Origin: Octopus vulgaris
Taxonomy: Eukaryota
Direction: 5' to 3'
NCBI GenBank assembly: GCA_951406725.2
Contig: OX597821.1
Location: forward strand, 23,250,001-23,314,000
Length of the DNA: 64,000 nt
The notes beneath the pieces were generated by a model that was not told the origin of the DNA, did not search any database, and saw nothing but the letters and a program-made list of their open reading frames with translations. A program made the position numbers and the translations under genes. Below are positions 26,939 to 39,927 of the stretch, piece after piece; position 1 is the stretch's first letter; the number at the start of each line of letters is the position of its first letter.

Positions 26939-27292
26939 AAGCAGCTTGCTTACGAACCACATGGTTCCGGGTTCAGTCCCACTGCGTGGCACCTTGGGCA
27001 AGTGTCTTCTACTATATCCTCGGACCGACCAAAGCCTTGTGAGTGGAATTGGTAGACAGAAACTGAAAGAAGCCTGTCGTATATATGTATATATGTGTGT
27101 TTGTGTGTCTGTGTTTATCCCCCCCAAATCGCTTGACGACCGAAACTGATGTGTTTACGTCGCCGTAACTTAGCGGTTTGGCAAAAAAGACCGATAGAAT
27201 AAGTACTAGGCTTACAAAGAATAAGTCCTGCGGTCGATTTTGCTCCAGGATGGCCACAGTCAAATGACTGAAACAAGTAAAAGAGTAAAAGA
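26939..27292 (+). mobile_element. Remainder of the interrupted SINE A (head at 24618-24653)
   Basis: Continues exactly at GAACCACATGGTTCCGGG. Confidence 0.9.
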
Positions 27293-27334
27293 AATAACCT
27301 TAACTGCTCACCTTTTATTTCATTTAGCAGTATA

Positions 27335-27547
27335 CTCTTTACTCTCTCTTTTACTTGTTTTCAGTCATTTGACTGCGGCCATGCTGGAGCACCGCATTTA
27401 GTCGAGCAAATCGACCCCGGGACTTATTCTTTGTAAGCCCAGTACTTATTCTATCAGTCTCTTTTGCCGAACCGCTAAGTAACGGGGACTTAAACACACC
27501 AGCATCGGTTGTCAAGCAATGCTAGGGGGACAAACACAGACACACAA

Positions 27548-27612
<65 letters not shown>

Positions 27613-27779
27613 TACGACGGGCTTCTTTCAGTTTCCGTGTACCAAATCCACTCACAAGGCATCGGTCGGCCCGGGGCTATAGCAGAAGACACTTGCCCAA
27701 GATGCCACGCAGTGGGACTGAACCCGGAAACATGTGGTTGGTTAGCAAGCCACTTACCACACAGCCACTCCTGCGCCTA
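27335..27779 (-). mobile_element. SINE family A, full length
   Basis: Match to other A copies. Confidence 0.92.
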
Positions 27780-27781
27780 GT

Positions 27782-28025
27782 ATCTTAGGTCTTGTATGAT
27801 TTCTTTTCCCCATGCATAGTTGGAAGTAAAGCAGTTGACTGGGAAACCTGCTATTCTCCCCTCTGTGTACGTGTCCCAACCAACGTAAATTTCTAGCAAA
27901 GAAGATTCTCATCATGGGAGACAGACCAGCACGCCGTAGGATCTCTTCATTCCTGATCTTGTCCAAAAGAGTGGTATTCGTAATTCGTCGCAGCTGCCTC
28001 ATCTTATATGCGAACAGCTTATCTA
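27782..28025 (-). mobile_element. RTE-clade LINE fragment
   Basis: LRRI......DKIRNEEIL.RAGL......LRWLGHVHR....RFP.QLLY. Confidence 0.82.
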
Positions 28026-28187
28026 CTTGAGCTTATATATACTGTGCAGGTTCATATGTGTGTGTGTGTGTGTGTGTGTTGCGCCGATCTGTGGCTGCCC
28101 AGGGTTTTCAGCGAAGTTATGCTCGTAACTAAGATAAAATATATCTACTATGGTACAGAATACTCTTTTTTTGTGACAGTCAACTTT

Positions 28188-28234
<47 letters not shown>

Positions 28235-29194
28235 TGTGTCGATTTGGATTTTAAAATGTCAGGAGTGAATTCGTTTTTATTAGAGACTTTTAGATTCTTA
28301 TCAGCTGGAGGTCCTTTAGAAAACAAAAAGACTATCAAAAATATTAAGCCTGCTTCCAAACTACATGGATCTAGGTTCAGTCCCACTGCGTGGCAACTCG
28401 GACAAAGCCTTATGAATGGATTTGGTAAACGGAAACTAAAAGAAGCCTGTCCTATATTTATGTATATGTATTTGTATATCTATGTGTATGTGCCTTTGTA
28501 TCTGTGTTTATCCCTCATCACTGCTTGACAACCGATTTTGGTGTATTTACGTCCCCATAACTTAGCGGTTCCGCAAAGATTCCGTTAGAATAAGTAGTAG
28601 GCTTTAAAAAATAAATCCTGGGTTGATTTGTTTAACTAAAATTTTTTAAAGTGGTGCCCCAGCATGGCTGTAGTCAATTGTAAAGAATTATTTACATGAA
28701 ACCATTGGTAGTCTTGTTAACCCACAAAGCAAGAATATTTATCCACCAATGCGGTGTTGAACACTCATTCTCGTTGCTTGCTGTTAGTTAGTGTGTATAT
28801 AACACTGGTCAACATGTATTTTTCATCAAGTATATGTCAAGGTGTACTGATTTCAAACATACAATTAGTTTTTTGACATTACGTACAGTTTTCAAGATGA
28901 AAAAGATTTTGGATTTTAGTTCGTGCATTATATAGAAACTCCAATTAATGACGTGTATGCGTGTATTTCCTTTACATCGTTGAAAATATACCTTTAAAAT
29001 AAACTACATTATTCATTGCTGCATAGTTCAGGTGCAATATTTCATCATCTGTCAGGTTTTGTCTAATGAAATAGGTATTTCAACATCTCAAATTGTCCAG
29101 TCATAATTGGTGCGATGAAATAGTTCATCATCTCAAATTCAATATAAGTATAACCGTTTGTATCTATTTCCTTACTTGTTTTGCAGTGTTAAGA

Positions 29195-30806
29195 ATGTCA
29201 TGATAGTGTAGAAATCGTCCAGACGTGTCTTGTTATGTCTGTGGATAATTTACTGTGAAAGCTCAAAAACGTACAATAACACCAGAGATCAAGAAGATTT
29301 ATAAGCTATACTTTGACTGTCCTCTTGGAGATCAGGACAAGTTATGGGCACCACATTTTATCTGCTCAGCTTGTTCAAATGGCTTACGTGACTGGTTCAA
29401 TTTGAAGTCCATGCCTTTGTCATTCCAGTGATATGGAGGAAGCCGAAAGACCATTTTAATGACTGTTATTTTTGTAAAGTAAATGTCACGGGATTTTTTA
29501 TGAAGAATAAACACAAAATTGTGTATCCCAATTTGGATTCTGCAATGAGACCTGTGCCTCACAATGGAAGTCTGCCAATTCCAGTTCCATCAGATGATGG
29601 TAGTGAAACATCAGATGATGATGCTGACTGTCATGATAGTACTGCCGAGGAAGATTACGCGACTGATGACGATAGCTTTGAACCTCGGAAATTTTCGCAA
29701 GCTGAACAGAATAACCTTGTCAGAGACTTATCCCTCTCAAAAGATAAAGCAGAACTGTTGGCATCAAGGTTGAAGGAGAAGTATCTTCTAGAACATGGTG
29801 TTCGTATAACTTATTTTCGGCAAACGTGTTTTTCTGGCCTGCTTTACTTTTGCAGTAACACCGATGGACTTTTCAAATGTTTATCGCAAAATCATGATCC
29901 TGCAGAGTGGCGTTTGTTTATTAAACAGAATTTAAAAGCTGTACTTCTCCATAATTGTAATTGAAGTCCTCCGTTTCTGTTGCACACTCCGTTTATCTTT
30001 ATGAATCATATGGAACTTTTACTTCATGCCATTGCTTATGAAAGATACTCCTGGAAAATATGTGGAGATTTAAAAGTCATAAAATGGGAATGCAGTCAGG
30101 TTTCACAAAATACTGTTGTTTCTTGTGTCTATGGGATAGTCAGGCAACTGACAGACATTATTCGGAATCAAACTGGCAGACAAGAACATCATACCAGCCA
30201 GGACTGTCTAGCGTCAAGAATACACCTCTTGTAGCTCCATGTAATGTCATATTGCCTCCTTTGCACATAAAGCTTGGACTGATGAAACAGTTTGTAAAGA
30301 CACTAGGGAAGAGAAATGTCTGAGGATTTAAGTATATTGTAGAAAAGTTTCCCAAAATCACACAGGCGACGTTGAAAGAGGGTATCTTTGTCGGACCACA
30401 AATTAGAGAGGTGCTCAAAGATGTCAACTTCAAGACAACACTGAATGAACTGGAACTGCTTACCTGGAATGCTTTCAATCGGATCTGTGAGAATTTCTTG
30501 GGCAACAAGGAGGTATCAAGAACCTACAAGTATGGCATCAAGAATCTTCTGAAATGTTACTCAGCAATAGGTTGTCGCATGTCACTGAAAGTTCACTTCT
30601 TGGACTCCCATCTGGATTTCTTCGCAGATAACCTTGGAGCAGTGTCTAATGAGTATGATGAAAGATTTCAGTAGGACATTAGTGCTATGGAGAAACGGTT
30701 CCAAGGCTTCTGGAATGACAGTATGCTGGCTGACTACTGCTGGAGACTTTACCGTGAAGACCCAGATCAGGAACACCGCAGGAAATCCAAATCGCAATGT
30801 TTCTAA
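29195..30806 (+). pseudogene. Chapaev3 transposase pseudogene
   Basis: CYVCG, WAPHFICSAC, IWRKPKDHFNDCYFC, CGDLKV, GFTKYCCFLCLWDS, LPPLHIKLGLMK, KEGIFVGPQIR, MSLKVHFLDSHLD, MLADYCW; several stops and frameshifts. Confidence 0.9.
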
Positions 30807-30979
30807 CTCTGTTGTTCTAACTTTGTCTGTTTTGTTTGACCCAGTTTTTGTGTATTCACTCTTTGTAAAATGATAGTAATGATTTTTTTATCTCAATAAA
30901 CTCATTTACTTTCTAAAAATAATAAGTCCTTATTTATTACGTTAATGATTTCATATATACAAATATGCATATATTTGCA

Positions 30980-31380
30980 CGTATGGCTCAGAAACCTGGA
31001 CGTTATCAAAGAAGCTTGAGAGGCGGTTGGATGGAACCTACACTCGCCTCCTTATGAGAGCTCAAAATCTCTCGTGGAAGCGTCATCCAACCAAAATGCA
31101 AATATATGGGAAACTACCACCTGTGTCATCTCTTGTGAAAGGTAGGAGAGTCCAGTTTGCTGGACACTGTTGTAGAGCTGAAAACGAGGCAATTTCTACT
31201 CTTCTCCTCTGGAAGCCATCTACTCGCAATACCAGAGGGCGCACACTCTCCTACCCTGATGTAATCTCCAGGGATACAGGCATCCAGCAACAGGACCTCC
31301 GTAATGCCATGATGGACCGTGAAGTCTGGCGTAGCATGGTAAATTCCATTGTCTCGACCACAGTCGAACAATGATGATGA
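30980..31380 (+). mobile_element. RTE-clade LINE 3' end nested in Chapaev3
   Basis: YGSETWTL...LDGTYTRLL...FAGHC.R...LLLWKP...AMMDREVWR stop, then (TGA)n tail. Confidence 0.87.
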
Positions 31381-31488
31381 ATGACTGATACGTGTTGCAT
31401 ACAAATGGAGTGAAATTTTGAATTCAGCATGAAAAATTAGCCTAAAACCGTTTGCATTCATAATGAGTATAATATATTTAATTTTGTT

Positions 31489-31690
31489 GTGGAGGCGCAA
31501 TGGCCCAGTGGTTAGGGCAGCGGACTCGCGGTTTCGATTCCCAGACCGGGCGTTGTGAGTATTTATTGAGCGAAAACACCTAAAAGCTCCACGAGGCTCC
31601 GGCAGGGGATGGTGGTGATCCCTGCTTTACTCTTTCACCACAACTTTCTCTCACTCTTACTTCCTGTTTCTGTTGTACCTGTATTTCAAA
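31489..31690 (+). mobile_element. SINE family C, 3'-truncated
   Basis: GTGGAGGCGCAATGGCCCAGTGG head. Confidence 0.85.
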
Positions 31691-32001
31691 TGCCTGTTTA
31701 CATTTAAGTAGTATTTTGCTACTTATGTTCAGCATATCAGGATGGACAGGTTAGCCGCTGTTGATAAATTGTTAGGTACCAATATAAACGATCTGTTACA
31801 TCGTCATCGCAAGCTGCCAAAAAGGCCATCATGGGACCAGTTTCACAACGTTGCTAAATATATATTTACATAACTCTTTGTATTCACAGATGTGTTCACG
31901 TAGGCCAAGGACCCTACTCCTTCCTCCAAACCCAAGTAGAAAAGGAAGTCCGCGTTTTATGTCTCCTCTAGCTATTATTGATTGAGTACGTATTACCCAC
32001 C

Positions 32002-32390
32002 GTGGAGGCGCAATGACCCAGTGGTTAGGGCAGCGGACTCGCGGTCATAGGAATGCGGTTTCGATTCCCAGACCGGGCGTTGTGAGTGTTTATTGAGCGA
32101 AAAAACCTAAAAAGCTCCACGAGGCTCCGGCAGGGGATGGTGGTGATCCCTGCTGTACTCTTTCACCACAACTTTCTCTCACTCTTACTTCCTGTTTCTG
32201 TTGTACCTGTATTTCAAGGGGCCGGCCTTGTCACTCTCTGTGTCACGCTGAATATCCCCGAGAACTACGTTAAGGGTGTACGTGTCTGTGGAGTGCTCAG
32301 CCACTTACACGTTAATTTCACGAGCAGGCTGTTCCGTTGATCGGATCAACCGGAACCCGCATCGTCGTAACCGACGGAGTGCTTCCATCC
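32002..32390 (+). mobile_element. SINE family C, full length
   Basis: TSD ATTACCCAC (31992-32000 and 32391-32399). Confidence 0.92.
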
Positions 32391-33376
32391 ATTACCCACA
32401 ACCCCCAAGAATATATTTCAAAAACATTACAATAATAATTATTTCTTCTATAGGAGCAAGCCCTGAAATTTTGGTGGGAGGAGAAGTTAGTCGATTATTA
32501 TAGCTTTTGTTAAGTTATACATAAAAATGAGCTATGCATAAAAATAACAAGAATGTGTCGAAGTATCGTTTATGCCGCGTTAAACATCTACATTGTGTAT
32601 GAGAGAGAGAAAGAGAGGGGGAGAGAGAGTACGATCGGCCATTTGTACTCGGTCTCTTTTGCCACCTAACCTTGAAGGACCAGCTCGATAGCTTTTCCGC
32701 AGAGAAGATCCTTGTCTACAGTTCGTCGGTTATGAATTCACGAGCAAGGTTCTACAGAACTTATTTTATCGATCCCGAAAGGATTGAAGGTAAAGTCAAT
32801 CTCGGCGGAATTTGAACTCAGAACTTAGTGGCAGACGAAATGCTGCCAAGCGTTTTGTCCGGCATCCAAGCATTCCCACTGTTGACCCAGAAGCACATCC
32901 AGGATGTGACAACTTTGGTGTGGGTGGAGAGAAGAGAGCTGCACCAGCACCCGACTGGTGTACATTTTCAGCTAAGTTGACTAAAGCAATGTGAAATGAA
33001 GTGCCTTGCTCAAGGACAGAATTCGTCATCCAGGCCAAGAATTGAACCTACGATGTTATGATCGTGAGCCATTAGGCCAGCCTCCTTTACACTTCTCCTT
33101 ATAGTCATTATAAATTATTGCTCTCCAAAAGCTTGCCCTATCTTTACTTTACTGTCACCACACTCATGATTTTGTCATCGTCAGATTAAGCATCTTAAAA
33201 ACATCAACTCCAAGTCATATATATATATGTATATACACTCTTCACTGTTATATATATATATATATATATATATAAAGTTAATCCAAACAAGAAAACACAA
33301 AAAAAAACACAACAACGCGAGGACGTGGAACAAATAAAGTATTATTGGACGCTCAGGAAAGAAGGGAAGAAGGAGG

Positions 33377-33411
33377 GTTTAACGTTTCGAGCGGAGCTCT
33401 TCGTCAGAAAC
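33377..33411 (-). ncRNA. Minimal hammerhead ribozyme in element 33275-33482
   Basis: GTTT-CTGACGA-A-GAGC tcc GCTC-GAAAC-GTT-AAAC. Confidence 0.77.
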
Positions 33412-33576
33412 ATAGGAGAAGGAAAGATCCCGAGAAGGGAAGACGGAGGAAAAAAATCGCTAGCGGTACTCACGAGGTCACATATATATATATATATTCT
33501 TGTGTCTGGGAAGAGTCATTTTCTTTATTTGCCTTATAATTAAACACACGCACTGGTAAATTTTCAACTTATTCCT

Positions 33577-33608
<32 letters not shown>

Positions 33609-34059
33609 ATACATTAAAAGTCAGTTTCAATCTTGCTTGCAATGTTACCCAGGCAAACTGGCGTATAATGAGAAAATACTATGAATTAAGATTACCCTGA
33701 AATGTTAATAGGAACAGAATGAAACAAGTTTCGTATAAATTGGAGCAGTAGTTATTGGGATATTCGGGGTTTGGGGTATAAATACCCAAAACGGTGATAA
33801 ATGTGAAAATGTTCCGAATTCAACTTCACCCTGGCAAAGAAGAAATCCCAGCCTATTGATCAGACTGATTTGACAACGAAAAAATACGATTTCTTTTTTT
33901 ATAGTAAATATACATACATACAACTTTCGACTAAGTAACAGTCATACATACAACTTGAACAGGCACACATTTTAAGTACACAAACATACGTTTATATATG
34001 CATACACATATACACACACGCAGACACGTCTACACATTTATATACGTAAATGTTCACAT

Positions 34060-34424
34060 ACATACATACATGCATGCATGCATGCATACATACATACATA
34101 CATATATGCGTATATATATACATACGCATGTACACTTCTGCATACGCACATGCATACATGCACACATACATGCACACATACATACATACATACATACATA
34201 CATACATACATACATACATACATACATACATACATACATACATACATACATACATACATACATACATACATACATACATACATACATACATACATACATA
34301 CATACATACATACATACATACATACATACATACATACATACATACATACATACATACATACATACATACATACATACATACATACATACATACATACATA
34401 CATACATACATACATACATACATA
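34060..34424. repeat. (CATA)n microsatellite
   Basis: Direct reading. Confidence 0.97.
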
Positions 34425-34751
34425 ATTCATGAACTTCGTAACCTCGGTGTGAAATAGTTTTTTTTTAATGTTGAGTGTATTCGACGTTATCTCACCTCCA
34501 AGATTTGGCTGCTGTTTCTAGCACGTCCTGCTACTACGTAACAGCTATTTGCGCTAAAGGATCCGATATACCTGTTACGTGGGAGCAGGGCGTGCAAGAA
34601 ATAACAGCCAAATCTTTCCTTTTCTGGAGGAAAAGAGCCGTTTACGCCTGATTTCGATGTCACATTCGTTGAAAGCATGCGAAATAACGAAACTGACTTT
34701 CCCGGTGACCAAACGGGTCACGGGTAGTCTCTCTCTCTCTATATATATACC

Positions 34752-35138
34752 AATGGAAGCACTCCGTCGGTTACGACGACGAGGGTTCCGGTTGATCCGA
34801 TCAACGGAACAACCTGCTCGTGAAATTAACGTGTAAGTGGCTGAGCACTCCACAGACACGTGTACCCTTAACGTAGTTCTCGGGGATATTCAGCGTGACA
34901 CAGAGAGTGACAAGGCCGGCCCTTTGAAATACAGGTACAACAGAAACAGGAAGTAAGAGTGAGAGAAAGTTGTGGTGAAAGAGTACAGCAGGGATCACCA
35001 CAACCCCCTGCCGGAGATAGTGGAGCTTTTTAGGTGTTTTCGCTCAATAAACACTCACAACGCCCGGTCTGGGAATCGAAACCGCGATCCTACGACCGCG
35101 AGTCCGCTGCCCTAACCACTGGGCCATTGCGCCTCCAC
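34752..35138 (-). mobile_element. SINE family C, full length
   Basis: Match to 32002-32390. Confidence 0.92.
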
Positions 35139-35641
35139 ACGATTTCACATCAGGAATTTTGCAAAGCAAATACATAAACGTGTGAGTGCGTGTGTGTGTG
35201 TGTGTATGTCTCTGTGTGTGTGCGCGCGTGTGCGTGTATGTGTATGCATTTATTGCTGGTGTTTCTCTCTAACCTCGCACATCTGCAAAGTAATGGAACT
35301 CATCAATGCATTCTCAGAAGGCGGAAGCTGTTCCTGTTCTTGTTCCCTGTCATGTAACAGGGCTTCCGTACAGGAAGGAACTGTCTTCGCTCACAGCTAC
35401 AACAGTTATTAAACGACTGAGTACTGAAACAACAGCTCAATCATTCACGTGCGGATGGGAATCGTGTAGACTTTACGGAGGCCTTGAGAAAAAGTTGATC
35501 ACGAAATGATAAGTCACAAACTGCGCGATCCAATAGAGTTGGAGATTTCGGGGAGTGGCTACATGGACTTTTAAAAAAGCAGGAGTTAAGCAGTTGCAAC
35601 AAACAGTTCTCCCTCTCTCTCTCTTTCTCTCTCTCTTCCTC

Positions 35642-35739
<98 letters not shown>

Positions 35740-35939
35740 ACACCTAGGAGACATTTATTCGTAGCGGAGTCTCTTATGGAACTCTGGTACCGCTGCTGTT
35801 TGTGACAGCTCTCTCAGATAAGCTTTCGGTTATACAGTCAACCATTCTCACCAGCCGTGCTGACGATACAAAGCTATCGCAGGTAGACAAGAACCTTGAT
35901 AACACAAAACTATAATCGGGCATGCTTGCAAAAGGAGAA

Positions 35940-36042
<103 letters not shown>

Positions 36043-36497
36043 CAAAGTAATGACGTACGGAGTATAAAACTTTTAAGATTTCAAGAGGCGTGAGAAGAAA
36101 ATCCAAAAGGCAGGAGAAGAAAAAGAAAAAAAAGAGAAAGAAGAAAAAAGAAGAAACGGAGAGAAAAGGAGAGAAGAAGAGAAGACAAAAAGGAAAAGAA
36201 AAGGAGAGAGACGGACAAAGTAATAACATACAAATTAAAAGAAAACAATGAGAAATAACAGAAAGTTCAAAAATTTTAAAACGGTTCAAGCGTCGTGGTA
36301 TATTATAATTATTAATTTGATATATAGATTACCTGTAAATTTTAATTTCATGCTGACTACCTGATATACTCATTAACGTGATTTTATCCTTTTATTCTAT
36401 AATGAATAAATAGATAACACATACACTCACATATATATATACATTGAAAAAAAGAGTCAAGGTAGAAAATGCTCAAATTATTTTATAAAAAACATTT

Positions 36498-36533
36498 CAG
36501 GACCGGTTTCAGTCATTGATACTTTTTCAACTG
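36498..36533 (-). ncRNA. Minimal hammerhead, U3-A8 core variant (second family)
   Basis: CAG-TTGAAAA-AGT atcaatg ACT-GAAAC-CG-GTC-CTG. Confidence 0.68.
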
Positions 36534-36598
36534 TAAGTATGGAAAACAATTAAATTTTGGAAAAATTAAAAGAAAGTTTTTTTTAAAGAATATTTGCA

Positions 36599-37007
36599 TA
36601 GGCGCAGGAGTGGCTGTGTGGTAAGTAGCTTGCTAACCAACCACATGGTTCCGGGTTCAGTCCCACTGCGTGGCACCTTGGGCAAGCGTCTTCTGCTATA
36701 GCCCCAGGCTGACCAATGCCTTGTGACTGGATTTGGTAGACGGAAACTGAAAGAAGCCCGTCGTATATATGTATATATATATATATGTGTGTGTTCGTGT
36801 ATGTTTGTGTGTCTGTGTTTGTCCCCCTAGCATTGCTTGACAACCGATGCTGGTGTGTTTACGTCATTTAGCGGTTCGGCAAAAGAGACCGATAGAATAA
36901 GTACTGGGCTTACAAAAGAATAAGTCCCAGGGTCGATTTGCTCGATTAAAGGCGGTGTTCCAGCATGGCCGCAGTCAAATGACTGAAATAAGTAAGAGTA
37001 AAGAGTA
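36599..37007 (+). mobile_element. SINE family A, full length
   Basis: Match to other A copies. Confidence 0.92.
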
Positions 37008-37089
37008 TAGTATTCAAATACAAGGGGCATTTTCCTTGTTTCTGCGTGTCTCTGTCTCTCTTGTTTACTTTTGCGGGTACGAGGTCTTT

Positions 37090-37138
<49 letters not shown>

Positions 37139-37551
37139 ATGTACTGTTTCGTGATAGAAAATTCAACAAAAAAAACTACTCCATCTGGTGAGACATAAAT
37201 ATCAATTATTTAAAGGACACAATACATATCTTTAAGTGCTACTAATAGTTCGTTATATGTGATTTGTGCCTGGTGAATATGTTTGAGATACTTCTCAACA
37301 TATGAAACTATTAGTAGCACATAAAGACATGTATTGTGCTCTTTAAATAAATAGTATATATATATATATATATATACACAAAAAAATGCATAAACATAAG
37401 CGATTCAGCTTGAAAAAAATTTAAGAAATAAAATATTTTCACGGAAATTGTTGAATAAATAGTTTCATCTCTCGTATACTTTCTTCTAAAGATTGCCTCT
37501 TTAAGTAAAGGAGCCTCGATTATTGTTGTCCCGGGTATACTATGTTTGAAT

Positions 37552-37862
37552 GTGAAGGCTCGTGGCTCAGTGGCTAGAGTATTCAGCTCACGATCGGAAA
37601 GTCGCGAGTTCAATTCCCGGCGACGCGTTGTGTCCTTGAGCAAGACATTTTATTTCATGTTGCTCCAGTCCACTCAGCTGGCAAAAATGAGTAGTACCTG
37701 TATTTCATGGGCTAGCCTTGTCACACTCTCTGTGACATTGAATCACCCTGAGAACTACTTTAAGAGTACAGGTGTCTGTGGAGTGCTCAGCCACTTGCAC
37801 GTTAATTTCACGAGCAGGCTGTTCTGTTGATCGGATCAACTGGAACACTCGTCATCGTAACT
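37552..37862 (+). mobile_element. Chimeric SINE: family-D-like head and CORE with family-C tail
   Basis: GTGAAGGCTCGTGGCTCAGTGG...GTCCTTGAGCAAGAC...then GTACCTGTATTTCA...CACGAGCAGGCTG. Confidence 0.8.
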
Positions 37863-38835
37863 ATTTTTGAATATAAAACAAGATGGTAACTATTGGAGCA
37901 TACATGGTCGTAGATCTTCTGAATCAGATTGGATCCTGAGAGTAAGTCCTGGGGTCGATTTGCTCGACTAAAGGCGATTCTCCAGCACGGCCGCAGTCAA
38001 ACGACTGAAACAAGTAAAACGGTAAAACAGCATACCTAAGACTGCATTATCCAACGTTTCCTAAACAAAAATAACAGTAGACATAATTGAGAGAAATTTG
38101 GTTGCTGTTTCTAGCATGTAGAGTGAGCACGTAGAGGTTTCTTGGGCGACTCGTTGATTATGTTGCTTGCTGCGCTTCGTAAGAGAAGATGTAAAAGTAA
38201 AATCTGACAGTTGCTGCAGATGTCGGCCATATCCGACTGACGTCATACATCACATGTCAAGTCACTTATTGACCAATACTATTTCTATTCTTGTCTCTCC
38301 ATAACAAAAACAGTGTGTGTGTGTATGTGTGTGTGAGTGTGTGTGTGTGTGTGTGTGCGTGCGCGCGAAGACTGAATTTAGGATGTGCTTTTGATTCATG
38401 CCGGGCTATAAAGTTTCATAATTCATTTAGTTAGCTACAATTGGGACTTCGAACAATGAATGAAAATACACATGAGTTCAAAGCAGGTTATAATACACGC
38501 ACACGCATGTGCACACAGACACATGCACGTATGCGCACATACACACCCGCATACTCACGCATGAAGCTACATACAAACAGACCTTGTTGCATTCTGGAAT
38601 TTTCTTCCTGATCGCATTTCATTCCGACAGACATCGATTTAATGATGTTGAAACTAAACATGACTCTCGTTAATGCTACATGCTTGAGATCCTTTTTTCA
38701 AAGGTTATGAACCCTACTAACCATTCTCTTCTGGTTAATGTACAAAAAGAACAACAAAATACAAACACATTACCCCTCCCCAAAACAAGCAAACATTCCC
38801 CCCTCCCCCAAAAATTAAAAATACAAACACTCCAT

Positions 38836-39745
38836 AGGCTCAGGAGTGGCTGCGTGGTAAGAAGCTTGCTTCCCAACCACATGGTTCCGGTTTCAGTTCC
38901 ACTGTGTGGCACCTTGGGCAAGTGTCTTCTAATATAGCCGTGGAGGCGCAATGGCCCAGTGGTTAGGGCAGCGGACTCGCGGTCGTAGGATCGCGGTTTC
39001 GATTCCCAGACCGGGCGTTGTGAGTGTTTATTGAGCGAAAACACCTAAAGCTCCACGAGGCTCCGGCAGGGATAGTGGTGATCCCTGCTGTACTCTTTCA
39101 CCACAACTTTCTCTCACTCTTACTTCCTGGTTCTGTTGTACCTGTATTTCAAAGGGCCGGCCTTGTCACTCTCTGTGTCACGCTGAATATCCTCGAGAAC
39201 TACGTTAAGAGTACACGTGTCTGTGGAGTGCTCAGCCACTTACACGTTAATTTCACGAGCAGGCTGTTCCGTTGATTCGGATCAACCGGAACCCTCATCG
39301 TCGTAACCGACGGAGTGCTTCAACTATAGCCACGGTCTGACAAAAGCCTTGTAAGTGGATTTGATAGGCAGGAATTGAAAGAAGACCGTCGTATATATAT
39401 ATATATATATATCCCTATATATATGTGTGTGTGCGTATTTGTGTGTCTGTGTTTGTCCCCCACCATCTCTTGACACCGTTTCGAGCCTACACTCTTCCAC
39501 AGAAAGGAACACGAGGAAATAAACAGAGTGAGAATAAGAAAACTTGTGGAGTTACCGGTCAATCTGTGTTTCTCCCCCCACCGTCGCTTGACATCCGATG
39601 TTGGTGTGTTTACGTCCCCATAAGAGGCCGATAAAATAAATACTGGGCTTCCAAAGAATAAGTCCTGGGGTCGATTTGTTCGACTAAAGGCAGTACTCCA
39701 GCATGGCCGGAGTCAAATGATTGAAACAAGTAAAGGAATAAAAGA
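38836..39745 (+). mobile_element. SINE A carrying a nested SINE C (38940-39324) and a hammerhead-element fragment (39478-39563)
   Basis: TSD TATAGCC (38933-38939 and 39325-39331); fragment matches 62194-62250. Confidence 0.85.
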
Positions 39746-39927
39746 AACACACACACACATACGTACACGAACGTTCGCACACTTTCTTACATATGTAGCG
39801 GATACATTTGGCTATTTCAGTGTCCATGAAATAAGAGACAGAATAATAAGATAACTGTTAAACTGGCTTTTGTTTACCGTTATAAGATACAAAACTACTT
39901 CGAGTCGTTGATGTCTAAAGGCTGAAG

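Larger units (their letters stand above)
28803..31489 (+). mobile_element. Chapaev3 (CMC) DNA transposon, near full length
   Basis: TAA-CACTGGTCAACA left end; right subterminal GAATTCAGCATGAAAAATTAG...ATTTTGTTG cut by a SINE; transposase inside. Confidence 0.85.

Noticed and set aside
32002-32075. tRNA-like heads of families A-D as tRNA genes
   Set aside because: Imperfect cloverleaves that continue into SINE bodies with TSDs
38238-38245. TGACGTCA CRE site
   Set aside because: One 8-mer in 64 kb is expected by chance and no linked gene is evident
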